A stretch of 16,626 nucleotides of DNA from Bacteroidia bacterium (GCA_026391215.1 JAPLDX010000003.1:1-16626), one strand, 5' to 3'; numbered from the stretch's first letter, positions 6,545 through 16,599 are shown. Notes: a model not told the origin generated them from the sequence alone. Program-made: numbers and translations.

Positions 6545-9202
6545 TTGCCTTCACTCAAAGCATCATATAGATACCTGGTGCTGCTGGGATTATTAATTGT
6601 CCCGGCAAATTGCTCTGTGGAAAAAAACACAGGTGCTACCAGGTTTTATCATGGATTGACAGCACGGTATAACATCTATTTTAATGGTTATGAAAGCTTT
6701 AAGGCCGGACTACTAAAAATCATAAATGGTTATACCGAAGATTATGCAGAATTGCTGAAGGTATTTGAATACGATGATCCTTCTTCCGCATCACGATGCA
6801 ATTCCGATATGGAAAAGGCAATCCAGAAAGCTTCAAAGCTTATATCATTGAAATCAATAACCGCAAAGCCTGAAGAAAAAGAAAAGAAGAAACAAACCAC
6901 GCAAGATGAGGAGATTTTTAACCGCAAGGAATATAATGAATGGGTTGATGACAGCTATCTTCTTATAGCAAAAGCACGATTTTACAAACAGGAATACAAT
7001 GAATCTGCGGCAGTTTTTGAATATTGTATTACCCAGGCTAACGATCCGCTGATAAAGAAAGAGGCATCCACCTGGCTTGCACGCATTTACAATGAAAAAG
7101 GCAAATACAGCGAATCATACCGTACATTGACAGAGCTTGAGATTCCTGCAAAATCTTCAAAAGAACTGAGAGCAATGTATTATACAACACTGGCGGATCT
7201 TTTTATTAAACAGCAGAAATTCTCCGAAGCGATAGATCCTCTTGATAAAGCTATTAATCTTGTTTCCGGGAAAAGAACAAAATACCGTCTTACATATCTT
7301 CTTGCTCAGTTGAATGAACAGTCAGGCAATGCCTCAACAGCAATATTGCTTTATCGTGATGTAGTTAAAATGAAGCCACCTTATGATGTTGAATTCAACG
7401 CAAGGATAAATATTGCAGGGGTATTTGATGTCAATTCCGGCAATCCTAAAGAGATGCGGAAAGAAATGGAGAGGATGCTGAAAGACTCCAAGAATAAGGA
7501 CTTCCTGGACCAGATCTATTTTGCCCTCGGCAATTTGTCATTGAAAGAGGGTAATGAGAATGAAGCCCTGGAGTTCTACAGAAAATCCGTGTCATCATCG
7601 TCGGTAAATCAGAACCAAAAGGGAAGGTCATACATGGCGCTTGCTGATTATTATTATAAGAAACCGGATTTTATGGAAGCAGGCAAATATTATGACAGCA
7701 CCGTTTTCTTCCTCGATAAAAACCATTCTGATTACCTGGTATTAAAATCAAAATCACAGAATCTTAATGCTGTTGTATCGCAGTTAACAATAATCGAGAC
7801 TGAGGACAGTCTTCAGAAAGTCGCCGGAATGTCTGAATCTGAAAGGGGCTCGCTGATCTCATCAATCATCAATGATATAACCAAGGCAGAAAGTGAGGGG
7901 AAGACCTCCCAGTATACGGACAGGTACAATCTGGGGCAGTTCTATGAGAATGAAAGAAGGTTCCAGGATAATATTGAACAGGAAGGCAAGTGGTACTTTT
8001 ATAATCAGGCAGCGCTTACATTCGGACGTACAGAGTTCAGAAGGCGATGGGGAGATAGAAAACTTGAAGAGAACTGGAGAAGAAGCAATAAAGCAATCAT
8101 TGCCAGTTCCATGTCTGAAGATGAAAACGGGAATAATGCACAAAATGGTGTAGATTCATTGAAAACTGAAACCCTTGATTATAAAAAGCCTGAATTCTAC
8201 CTGAAGAACCTTCCTCTGACCGATTCTCTCCTAGCTGTCTCAGACGACAGGATAGCAAATGCATATCTTAATGCCGGCAAGGCATATGCAGAAAAGATCC
8301 TTGATCCTGAAGGAGCAACATTCTCTTTTGAACAAATCCTTACCCGTTACCCTGATAATGAGCTTGTACCTGAGGCTCTGTACAACCTGTACAAAGTCAA
8401 TAAGGAAGTAAATTATTCAAAATCGGAGGCTTACAGGCAACGCCTCATAGAAGAATATCCCTCGGCCGAATTTGCAAAAATGATATCCGATCCGGCCTAC
8501 TATGACAAAAAAATTGCTGATCTGAAAATAGCCGAAAAGCTATATCAGGAAGCTTATAATACATATATCAAAGAGAACTTCACAACTTCAATATCATTAT
8601 GTGACAGTGCACTGAAAAAGTACAACAAGGATTTGCTGGCGCCGAAGTTCCAGCTTCTTAGAGCCTACTCGGTTGCCCGCATAAGCGATGAAAGGACCTT
8701 TAAGGACGAACTCAATGCGCTTATCAAACAATGGCCAGAAAGCGAGGAAAGTAAAAAAGCAGGAGAGATCATCGCATTCATAAACCAGGAGATACCGGAA
8801 CTGAAAATAGAAGAAGAAAAGGAAATTGCAGAGGTTCTTTTTACTGTGGATACATTAGTAAATCACGTATTTACACTTATCATTGAAAATCCTGCCTTCA
8901 ACATCAATCAGGCTTCTTTCGATGTGATAAGTTATAATATTGACAATTATACCAATCTGAATTACAGAACCGAAGGAACCCTGGTTGCTGACAAATATAT
9001 TATGATCACCGTTTCGGGTTTTAAAGAATATTCCATGGTTATGGATTACTACACATTATTCTCAACGGAAAAGATCGTCAGAAATCCTTCCGGTTCTAAA
9101 ATGTATTCCTTTATTATAAGCAGTGATAACCTTAAGGTTCTGAATAACGATAAGAAACCTGAACGGTATCTTCTTTTCTTCCAGGAAAATTACTTAAAAT
9201 GA
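6545..9202 (+). CDS. porW: Type IX secretion system TPR lipoprotein PorW/SprE
   Basis: TTG start. Signal peptide, then CSVEKNT..RFYHGLTARYNIYFNG, WVDDSYLLIAKA, many TPR-like helices, EDSLQ and WYFYN..GRTEFRRRWGDRKLEENWRRS, all typical of PorW/SprE. Confidence 0.85.
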   Translation: MPSLKASYRYLVLLGLLIVPANCSVEKNTGATRFYHGLTARYNIYFNGYESFKAGLLKIINGYTEDYAELLKVFEYDDPSSASRCNSDMEKAIQKASKLISLKSITAKPEEKEKKKQTTQDEEIFNRKEYNEWVDDSYLLIAKARFYKQEYNESAAVFEYCITQANDPLIKKEASTWLARIYNEKGKYSESYRTLTELEIPAKSSKELRAMYYTTLADLFIKQQKFSEAIDPLDKAINLVSGKRTKYRLTYLLAQLNEQSGNASTAILLYRDVVKMKPPYDVEFNARINIAGVFDVNSGNPKEMRKEMERMLKDSKNKDFLDQIYFALGNLSLKEGNENEALEFYRKSVSSSSVNQNQKGRSYMALADYYYKKPDFMEAGKYYDSTVFFLDKNHSDYLVLKSKSQNLNAVVSQLTIIETEDSLQKVAGMSESERGSLISSIINDITKAESEGKTSQYTDRYNLGQFYENERRFQDNIEQEGKWYFYNQAALTFGRTEFRRRWGDRKLEENWRRSNKAIIASSMSEDENGNNAQNGVDSLKTETLDYKKPEFYLKNLPLTDSLLAVSDDRIANAYLNAGKAYAEKILDPEGATFSFEQILTRYPDNELVPEALYNLYKVNKEVNYSKSEAYRQRLIEEYPSAEFAKMISDPAYYDKKIADLKIAEKLYQEAYNTYIKENFTTSISLCDSALKKYNKDLLAPKFQLLRAYSVARISDERTFKDELNALIKQWPESEESKKAGEIIAFINQEIPELKIEEEKEIAEVLFTVDTLVNHVFTLIIENPAFNINQASFDVISYNIDNYTNLNYRTEGTLVADKYIMITVSGFKEYSMVMDYYTLFSTEKIVRNPSGSKMYSFIISSDNLKVLNNDKKPERYLLFFQENYLK

Positions 9203-10755
9203 GAAAGCCAAGGATACTTTGGACAGATGATGAGGTTGAGGCGCTCCGGCCGCATATTTTTTTCCTTCAGGAGAAAGGCTATGAAATTGACACCTGTTCA
9301 AACGGAAATGACACTATAGATCTTGTCAGGCAAAATTCCTATGATCTGATTTTCTTAGATGAACATATGCCCGGATTGAGCGGCATTGAGACGCTTCGCC
9401 TTATCAGGCAGGTGCGGACCGATATCCCTGTGGTAATGATCACAAAAAGTGAAGAAGAAGATATTATGGACTCTGCTATCGGATCAGAAATAGCTGATTA
9501 TCTCATAAAACCCGTAAAACCCAAGCAGATACTTCTCGCTATAAAAAAGATCCTTGACCAGAAAAGACTTGTCACAGAAAAAACCACAACCGATTACAGA
9601 CAGGAATTCAGCAGTATTGGGAGTATGATATCTGATGCCTCATCATGGACAGACTGGACAGACCTGTACCGCAAGATCACCTTCTGGGAATCGGAGCTTG
9701 AAAAATCATCCGATCCCGGTATGTCTGAAATACTGAAAATGCAGGAAAACGAAGCTAATAACTCATTTTCCAAATTTGTAACGGGAAATTATCTTTCATG
9801 GCTTGAACCTCGTAATACCGATTGTCCCATTCTCTCTCCAGACCTATTTTCTAAAAAGATCTTTCCTGCTGTAAGCAGTCAGAGGCCTCTCTTTTTCATC
9901 CTGATTGATAATATGAGGTATGATCAATGGAAAACCCTATCGGCTGAGCTTGCCGGTCTTTACAGAATAGTTGAGGATGATATATACTTTAGTATTCTCC
10001 CAACGGCAACCCAGTACAGCAGGAACGCTATTTTTGCCGGCCTTATGCCTTCACAGATTGCCAGTATCATGCCGCAGTTCTGGATTGATGATGATAATGA
10101 AGCAGGCAAGAACAACTTTGAGGAGGAGCTGTTCAGGAGACATCTTGCGCGTAAGGGGCTAAAATACAAATGGTCTTACACCAAGATCAGCAACAGCAAC
10201 GAGGGGAAGAAACTAAATGAAAAAATCCGGCAATTGCTTGATAACGAAATCAATATTCTTATCTATAATTTCGTTGATATTCTTTCGCATGCACGCACTG
10301 ACGTGGGAGTGATAAGGGATCTTACGGACGATGAGACTGCATACAGAAGCCTTATAAGATCATGGTTTGTCCACTCTTCACTGTTTGAACTGCTTAAAAC
10401 ATTGTCAGCATACCGTGTTAAGATCATTGTCTCCACCGATCATGGAACAATAAGAGTTCAGAATCCTGTTAAAGTGATCGGCGATAAGAAAACATCCCCG
10501 AATCTCCGCTATAAAACAGGAAGGAATCTTGATTATGATCCTGCTGCTGTATTCGAGCTGAAGGATCCTGAAAAAGCGCTTCTGCCAAAAACAAATATAA
10601 GTTCGAGATATATTTTTGCAATGAACAAGGATTATCTTGTTTACCAGAATAACTATAATTATTATGCAGGTTACTACAGGAACACCTTTCAACATGGAGG
10701 AATTTCCATGCAGGAAATGATGCTGCCGGTTGTAATTCTGGATCCTGTCTCCTAA
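9199..10755 (+). CDS. porX: PorX-type response regulator: receiver domain + PglZ/alkaline-phosphatase-superfamily domain
   Basis: Receiver motifs ILWTDDE, FLDEHMPG, MITKS and YLIKP. Enzyme-domain motifs IDNMRYDQW, LPTATQYSRNAIFAG, DILSH, TDHG and FQHGGIS. ATGA overlap with the porW stop. Confidence 0.93.
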   Translation: MRKPRILWTDDEVEALRPHIFFLQEKGYEIDTCSNGNDTIDLVRQNSYDLIFLDEHMPGLSGIETLRLIRQVRTDIPVVMITKSEEEDIMDSAIGSEIADYLIKPVKPKQILLAIKKILDQKRLVTEKTTTDYRQEFSSIGSMISDASSWTDWTDLYRKITFWESELEKSSDPGMSEILKMQENEANNSFSKFVTGNYLSWLEPRNTDCPILSPDLFSKKIFPAVSSQRPLFFILIDNMRYDQWKTLSAELAGLYRIVEDDIYFSILPTATQYSRNAIFAGLMPSQIASIMPQFWIDDDNEAGKNNFEEELFRRHLARKGLKYKWSYTKISNSNEGKKLNEKIRQLLDNEINILIYNFVDILSHARTDVGVIRDLTDDETAYRSLIRSWFVHSSLFELLKTLSAYRVKIIVSTDHGTIRVQNPVKVIGDKKTSPNLRYKTGRNLDYDPAAVFELKDPEKALLPKTNISSRYIFAMNKDYLVYQNNYNYYAGYYRNTFQHGGISMQEMMLPVVILDPVS

Positions 10756-10769
10756 CACCAGGTCGTTTT

Positions 10770-11183
10770 ATGAAAATCCTGATCAAAAATAAACGATACC
10801 TTCCCTCTGCTGCCAGGAAACTTCTGGAACGCGCCGGTGAAAGCAGGATATTTGCCTTTTATGGATCCCTGGGAGCAGGAAAAACCACAATCATAAAAGC
10901 TGTCTGTGAACTGCTTGGGGCTTCGGGCATCGCCAGCAGTCCCTCTTTCACCCTGGTCAATGAGTACAGAACACTGACCGGAGAATCATTATATCATATC
11001 GATTTCTACAGAATAAAAAATATCAGTGAAGTATTTGATATCGGAATTGAAGAATACCTTTATAGCGGGAGTTATTGCTTTTTGGAATGGCCAGAGCTGG
11101 CTGAAGAGGTTCTGCCTGAAGAAACAATCAGACTCCGGATCTCTGTTGGAAAAAATGAAGAGAGAATTATTGAAACCTCATAA
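10770..11183 (+). CDS. tsaE: tRNA t6A37 biosynthesis ATPase TsaE
   Basis: GSLGAGKTT, SSPSFTLVNEY, HIDFYRI and EWPE. Confidence 0.95.
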   Translation: MKILIKNKRYLPSAARKLLERAGESRIFAFYGSLGAGKTTIIKAVCELLGASGIASSPSFTLVNEYRTLTGESLYHIDFYRIKNISEVFDIGIEEYLYSGSYCFLEWPELAEEVLPEETIRLRISVGKNEERIIETS

Positions 11184-11208
11184 TCTTGCTCCTGTATTCC
11201 ATTTTTTT

Positions 11209-11216
11209 TAACTTTG
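11209..11216 (+). promoter_or_regulatory. Bacteroidota -7 promoter box for the AlaDH-like gene
   Basis: TAACTTTG, 22 nt upstream of ATG 11239. Confidence 0.6.
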
Positions 11217-11238
11217 AAGAAATAACTCTTTTTCTGAA

Positions 11239-12459
11239 ATGAACATGAAAGGCAAGAGTGGAAAAGTGAATCTCGGCGACAGCGCATTTATGCCCAAAGA
11301 AGAACATCTTGAAACCGCTGTCAGGTTCAGAAGAATATCTATCGGCATTCCGGCCGACCCAAAGGATGATGAGAAAAGAGTGGCGCTGACACCTGAAGCA
11401 GTTAATCTTCTTGTCGAATCTGACAATGAGGTAATAGTCCAGAAAGGATCGGGTTCCGGGGCTAATTACTCGGATAAGGATTACAGCGAAAACGGTGCTG
11501 TCATTACTGATTCACCTGCCAGGGTGTATAGCTCTGATGTGGTCATTAAAGTAGCTCCGATAACTGAAAAGGAAACTGATTATCTGAAGGGCAACCAGGT
11601 AATCATGTCGTATCTCAATGTTCTGAAGCTGCATGAGGAGACACTGTCACGGCTTATCCGGAAAAAAGTGACTGCCATTGCATTTGAAAAAATCAGGGAT
11701 GCTAACGGAATATTGCCCGTTATTGAATCAATGAGCGAAATAAGCGGTGTTACTTCAGTGCTTCTGGCTTCAGATTACCTTAGCAACCATCATGGCGGCA
11801 AAGGAGTAATGCTTGGCGGGATCACTGGAGTCACTCCAACAGAAGTTATTATCCTGGGAGCAAATACCGCTGGAGAATATGCAGCAAGGGCGGCTATAGG
11901 GCTTGGATCAACGGTTAAGATCTTTGACAGTTCTTTACAGAGGCTGAGAAGATTTGAAACATCGCTTGGCCAGCGGCTGCAGACATCAGTATTTCATCCG
12001 CAGGTTCTGAAAAAAGCGTTGAAATCGGCTGATGTCCTGATAGGGGCCATGGAGCTGGATGATCTTCGTCCATGGTACTATGTGACTGAAGATATGGTGA
12101 GAAATATGAAAAAGGGTTCTGTGATAATCGATCTAAGCATTGACCGTGGTGGATGCATTGAAACAACCGAATGCCGGGCCCTGAGAGATCCTGTATATGA
12201 AAAACATGGCGTGATCCATTTTTCTGCATGGAACCTTCCTTCACGTGTTGCCAGAACAGCCTCGATAGCTCTCAGCAATGTTTTTGCTCCGCTCCTGCAG
12301 AAAATGGCAGATGCCGGAGGGATTACGCATCTTTTAAAAAATGATCCCGGTGTTCGTGACGGGGTTTACCTGTATAACGGGATACTGACTAATGAAACCC
12401 TGGGACAAAAATTCGGGGTATTATCGAAGGATCTTGACCTCCTGCTTACAGCATTCTGA
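11239..12459 (+). CDS. Alanine dehydrogenase/PNT-family protein (AlaDH-like; activity uncertain)
   Basis: EKRVALTP, MSEISG, GKGVMLGGITGV, Rossmann segment VIILGANTAG, IDLSIDRGGCIET and NLPSRVARTASIALSN. Confidence 0.85.
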   Translation: MNMKGKSGKVNLGDSAFMPKEEHLETAVRFRRISIGIPADPKDDEKRVALTPEAVNLLVESDNEVIVQKGSGSGANYSDKDYSENGAVITDSPARVYSSDVVIKVAPITEKETDYLKGNQVIMSYLNVLKLHEETLSRLIRKKVTAIAFEKIRDANGILPVIESMSEISGVTSVLLASDYLSNHHGGKGVMLGGITGVTPTEVIILGANTAGEYAARAAIGLGSTVKIFDSSLQRLRRFETSLGQRLQTSVFHPQVLKKALKSADVLIGAMELDDLRPWYYVTEDMVRNMKKGSVIIDLSIDRGGCIETTECRALRDPVYEKHGVIHFSAWNLPSRVARTASIALSNVFAPLLQKMADAGGITHLLKNDPGVRDGVYLYNGILTNETLGQKFGVLSKDLDLLLTAF

Positions 12460-12462
12460 TCA

Positions 12463-13377
12463 TCAGATATAAGCAAGTATCGCCTTTTTCTTTTTTATTT
12501 CAATAAAGGCTTTCCGTCCAATATAAAAAGCCCGGTTATCATTTATATGTCCTGCTGGAAAATTGAAAAATACAGGATAATCATATCCGGCGACGGCATC
12601 GGAAATTATTGATTCAGGACTCTTTCCCCAGGGGATCTTTGTCTCGCTCATTTCGTTCAGCCCTCCTGTTACCAGGGCTGCCAGTCCTTTCAGCTTGCCG
12701 GCAAGCTTAAGCGATGTCATCATCCTGTCGAGATGATAATAATACTCCCCTATCTCTTCAATGATCAATATCCTGCCTTTTGTTTTAGGCTCTCCCGGTG
12801 TTCCGATCAGACTATAGATCAGTGAAAGATTCCCTCCTGTCACCTCTCCTTCAGCTTCCCTTAATCTCCCGGAATCACAATTCCAACTTACCGGCTGACA
12901 GCCTTCAAATAATGCTTTATATAATGAATCAATGGTAGCCGGGGTTTTCTCCGGGTTTGAATAATTTAATGGCATTTCGCCATGGATTGAGACTAAATTA
13001 TACTTTTCGTTCAGCCAAAGATGTAATACTGTTATATCGCTGAAACCGATATACCATTTTGGAAATCTGCGCAAAGAAGAAAAATCAATCCGGTCAATGA
13101 TCTTCAGCATTCCATACCCGCCTCTTGTGCAGAAGACTGCCTTGATCCTTTTATTGCCGGTCATTGCCTGGAAATCCCGTAATCTCTCCCTGTCGCTGCC
13201 GGCAAATGGACCTTCCTTATTAAGTGCATTCTTTCCGATATGCACTTTAAGCCCCCATTTTTCAAGGAAGGAAGCAGCGTTTTTTACTTTTGCTTCCTCA
13301 ATGGAAAAAGCCGGTGAAATAAGAGCTACTTCATCACCGGGTTTTAGGTATGGCGGCTGGATCTTTTTTACAGACAT
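12463..13377 (-). CDS. LD-carboxypeptidase, peptidase S66 family
   Basis: RGGYG, IGFSDIT (Ser), GGNLS, IEEIGE (Glu) and PAGH (His): the catalytic triad is intact. Confidence 0.92.
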   Translation of the reverse strand: MSVKKIQPPYLKPGDEVALISPAFSIEEAKVKNAASFLEKWGLKVHIGKNALNKEGPFAGSDRERLRDFQAMTGNKRIKAVFCTRGGYGMLKIIDRIDFSSLRRFPKWYIGFSDITVLHLWLNEKYNLVSIHGEMPLNYSNPEKTPATIDSLYKALFEGCQPVSWNCDSGRLREAEGEVTGGNLSLIYSLIGTPGEPKTKGRILIIEEIGEYYYHLDRMMTSLKLAGKLKGLAALVTGGLNEMSETKIPWGKSPESIISDAVAGYDYPVFFNFPAGHINDNRAFYIGRKAFIEIKKKKAILAYI

Positions 13378-13464
13378 GTCTAATTATTATTATACGTAAA
13401 AATAATGAATTTTGTTTCACCATTTCACCGTTGAGCCTTTGTGCCGTTGCGCCATTAAAATTAT

Positions 13465-13472
13465 TATCTTTG
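13465..13472 (+). promoter_or_regulatory. Bacteroidota -7 promoter box for metG
   Basis: TATCTTTG, with an upstream TTTG at 13438-13441. Confidence 0.6.
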
Positions 13473-13509
13473 GTGCTTTATTATTAGTTACCCGTTCATT
13501 ATCAACGTT

Positions 13510-15543
13510 ATGAAGAAGTTTAAAAGATACCTTATCACCTCTGCTCTTCCGTATGCCAATGGCCCTATTCATATTGGCCACCTGGCAGGAGTTTATGTTC
13601 CTTCCGATATTTTTACCAGATATCTCAGGATGAAAGGGGAAGATGTGATATCAATCTGTGGTTCTGATGAGCATGGTGTCCCCATAACATTAAAAGCCCG
13701 GAAGGAAGGAGTTTCCCCCCAGGAGATCGTTGACAGGTATCACACTATAAATAAGAAGGCTTTTGAGGATTTCGGAATTGCCTTTGACATTTACTCACGC
13801 ACTTCAAATAAAGTACATTACGAAACAGCTTCTGATTTCTTTCTGACACTTTATAATAAAGGTAAATTCACTGAAAAGACATCAGAACAATACTACGATG
13901 AGGAGGCAGGCACTTTTCTGGCCGACAGGTATATAATGGGAATATGTCCTCATTGCGGCAACGAGAGCGCCTATGGCGACCAATGTGAAAAATGCGGAAC
14001 TTCGCTCAGCCCTTCCGATCTCATTAACCCTCATTCAACAATAAGCGGGAGCAAGCCTGTTCTGCGTAACACGCGTCACTGGTATCTTCCACTTGACAAA
14101 TACGAACCGTGGCTTAAAAAATGGATACTCGAAGATCATAAGGAATGGAAGACAAATGTATACGGCCAATGCAAATCGTGGCTCGACCAGGGGCTACAGC
14201 CAAGGGCTGTGAGCCGTGATCTTGACTGGGGAGTTCCTGTACCTGTAAAGGATGCAAAAGGGAAGGTTCTCTATGTCTGGTTTGATGCTCCTATTGGATA
14301 CATCTCTGCAACAAAAGAGCTTACCCCGGATTGGGAAAAATACTGGAAGGATGAAGAGACAAAAATGGTTCATTTTATCGGAAAGGATAATATTGTCTTT
14401 CATTGTATTATATTCCCTGCTATGCTTAAAGCCGAAGGTAGCTTTATCCTTCCTGATAATGTACCTGCAAATGAATTCCTCAATCTTGAGAATGATAAGA
14501 TTTCCACTTCCAGGAACTGGGCAGTATGGCTTCATGAATACCTTGAAGATTTTCCGGGCAAGCAGGATATTTTGAGATATTCACTGTGTGCCAGTGCTCC
14601 CGAGACAAAAGATAATGATTTCACCTGGAAAGAGTTTCAGGCCCGTAATAATAACGAGCTTGTCGCAATACTGGGCAACTTCATCAACAGGACCCTGGTA
14701 CTGACCACCAATTACTATGAGGGAAAAGTGCCGGAAAGAGGAAAAACGACTCCTGAAGATGAAGCAGTACTTAAAGAGATCCCACTGATCAGGCAGAATG
14801 TTGAGACCAGCCTTGAAACTTACAGGTTCAGGGAAGCTCTCAGGGAAGCAATGAACCTGGCCAGGCTCGGGAATAAGTATCTGGCTGATTCTGAACCATG
14901 GAAAGTCATTAAAACAGATGCTGAAAGGGTAAAGACAATTATGAATGTCTCCCTGCAGATAACTGCGAACCTTACGATCATCCTTGAGCCCTTCCTTCCA
15001 TTTTCAATGGAGAAATTAAGGAAATTCATTAATTGCAGCATACTTAAATGGAATTATGCCGGAAGGACTGATCTTCTTGTTGCAGGCCATCTGATAAATA
15101 AACCGGAGCTGCTTTTTGAAAAAATAGGAGATGATGAAATAGCAAAACAGATTGACAGGCTACAGGCAACAAAGAAATCAAATGAAGAAGCATCAATGAA
15201 AATGATACCGGTAAAAGATCCTGTATCTTTTGATGACTTTTCAAAAATAGATATCCGGACGGCAACAGTCCTTGAAGCTGAAAAAGTCCCGAAAACCACC
15301 AAGCTTCTGAAGCTCAGGATTGATACTGGTATTGACATACGAACGATAGTGTCGGGTATTGCAGAGTATTACGAACCCGCAGCGCTTATCGGGAAGCAAA
15401 TATCAATAGTTGCCAATCTTGAGCCGAGGAAGATCAAGGGTACTGAATCGAAAGGAATGATCCTGATGGCAGAAGATAAGGACGGTAAGTTGGTTATTGT
15501 TTCACCGGCTGAGAAAATCAACAATGGGAGTGTGATAAAGTGA
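13510..15543 (+). CDS. metG: Methionine--tRNA ligase with C-terminal Trbp111-like domain
   Basis: [21 protein letters not shown] zinc knuckle, YVWFDA, KISTS (KMSKS equivalent) and C-terminal [25 protein letters not shown]. Confidence 0.98.
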   Translation: MKKFKRYLITSALPYANGPIHIGHLAGVYVPSDIFTRYLRMKGEDVISICGSDEHGVPITLKARKEGVSPQEIVDRYHTINKKAFEDFGIAFDIYSRTSNKVHYETASDFFLTLYNKGKFTEKTSEQYYDEEAGTFLADRYIMGICPHCGNESAYGDQCEKCGTSLSPSDLINPHSTISGSKPVLRNTRHWYLPLDKYEPWLKKWILEDHKEWKTNVYGQCKSWLDQGLQPRAVSRDLDWGVPVPVKDAKGKVLYVWFDAPIGYISATKELTPDWEKYWKDEETKMVHFIGKDNIVFHCIIFPAMLKAEGSFILPDNVPANEFLNLENDKISTSRNWAVWLHEYLEDFPGKQDILRYSLCASAPETKDNDFTWKEFQARNNNELVAILGNFINRTLVLTTNYYEGKVPERGKTTPEDEAVLKEIPLIRQNVETSLETYRFREALREAMNLARLGNKYLADSEPWKVIKTDAERVKTIMNVSLQITANLTIILEPFLPFSMEKLRKFINCSILKWNYAGRTDLLVAGHLINKPELLFEKIGDDEIAKQIDRLQATKKSNEEASMKMIPVKDPVSFDDFSKIDIRTATVLEAEKVPKTTKLLKLRIDTGIDIRTIVSGIAEYYEPAALIGKQISIVANLEPRKIKGTESKGMILMAEDKDGKLVIVSPAEKINNGSVIK

Positions 15544-15548
15544 GGTTT

Positions 15549-15673
15549 ACCTCACCCCTTCATTCCCCCTCTCCCAAGAGAGAGGGGGAAGATAAATATA
15601 TCATTAGTAAATAGTTAGAATTATTTGACGGTTCTAAGCCCCTCCCTCCTGGGGGAGGGGTTTGGGGAGAGGT
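15549..15673. repeat. Second inverted pair of GC-rich hairpin/mirror-repeat units, between convergent metG and the SPOR gene
   Basis: Left unit ACCTCACCCCTTCA + TTCCCCCTCTC-CCAAGA-GAGAGGGGGAA (15549-15590). Right unit CCCCTCCC-TCCTGG-GGGAGGGG-TTT-GGGGAGAGGT (15639-15673). AT-rich 48-bp spacer. Confidence 0.8.
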
Positions 15674-16599
15674 TATATTTTCTTAACCCAGGTTCCGGAG
15701 AATCTTTTTGAAATTGTGTTTACTTTTTCCCGGGCAGAATTCAAATCCTTACATCTTACAGCACTAACTCTGTAAAAGTTATCGGGGGCATCAAGTATTT
15801 CGGGATCATAACCTTCTTTTCTCAGCATATTTGCCTGGGTATACGCATTTTGCTTCAATTTAAAACTCCCCGTTATAAGGCAGTAAGGCATTTCTTCCTC
15901 AACTGCAGAAGGTACAACTTCAATTACCGCCGGGATATTTTGCACTGATGCAATATTTTCATCGACAGCTTTTTTGTTATCTTCAAGTTCAGCAGTAACC
16001 AGGGGATTCAATGTTGTTGCTTCCACTTTCGATTTGAAAATATCGCTGCTGAAGGGTATGGCAATCATTATAGCAAGAATTGGAACAATTACAGCAGCCC
16101 TCCACAATATCTTCTTTATTGAGGCCCGCTTTACAGGTTCTTTATTTATATGGCTGCTGATACGTTTCCGTACATCATATCCTTCAAGAGGAGAAAACTG
16201 GAATGACTCAAGACCAAAAGAATCCAGGTGATAATTTACATTCCTGTCTGGTTCAAACTGAACATTGCCTTCCTGGTTATTTGTGAAACTGCCAATGTTA
16301 TCAAATATAACTTTCTCTCCCCTCTCAAGCTTTTTCCGCAATGCAGCAACAAATTCATCAACCATATTCCTGGCATCACCATAGTTAATATCCGAGGACC
16401 CTGAGATCCTGCCAACAAGGAGACCATCATTGTGATTAAGATTCCTGTTAAAGGATATCTGCTTTACCGGCGGATAAAACGTGGCGTTATTCTTATCAAT
16501 ACGGGCAGGGGTATAGTTTCCGACAAAACCGCCAAACCCCGGAACGATGACACAATCGTGGCTAAATAATAATTCCCGTATGAAAGCTGTAATATCCAT
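15673..16599 (-). CDS. HU-like (HU-CCDC81-type) N-terminal domains + single TM helix + C-terminal SPOR domain protein
   Basis: HDCVIVPGFGGF, PPVKQISFN and NDGLL; TM segment ILWRAAVIVPILAIMIAIPF; SPOR-like YCLITGSFK..NA..LRKEGY..FYRVS..WV. Confidence 0.8.
   Translation of the reverse strand: MDITAFIRELLFSHDCVIVPGFGGFVGNYTPARIDKNNATFYPPVKQISFNRNLNHNDGLLVGRISGSSDINYGDARNMVDEFVAALRKKLERGEKVIFDNIGSFTNNQEGNVQFEPDRNVNYHLDSFGLESFQFSPLEGYDVRKRISSHINKEPVKRASIKKILWRAAVIVPILAIMIAIPFSSDIFKSKVEATTLNPLVTAELEDNKKAVDENIASVQNIPAVIEVVPSAVEEEMPYCLITGSFKLKQNAYTQANMLRKEGYDPEILDAPDNFYRVSAVRCKDLNSAREKVNTISKRFSGTWVKKI

Noticed and set aside
9199-10755. PglZ domain as a BREX defence system
   Set aside because: It is fused to a receiver domain in the PorX arrangement, and no brxA/B/C, pglX or brxL genes are nearby.
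13378-13509. T-box or SAM riboswitch upstream of metG
   Set aside because: The gap is 132 bp, the -7 box is only 37 nt from the start codon, and no such motif is visible.
14497-14511. MetRS KISTS instead of KMSKS
   Set aside because: This is a common variant in Bacteroidota MetRS, and the other motifs are intact.
15651-15672. G-quadruplex as the main explanation for the G-rich tracts
   Set aside because: Only three long G-runs plus GG are present, two of them are sequestered by the adjacent C-rich arm, and mirror symmetry fits a triplex better. It is not excluded experimentally.
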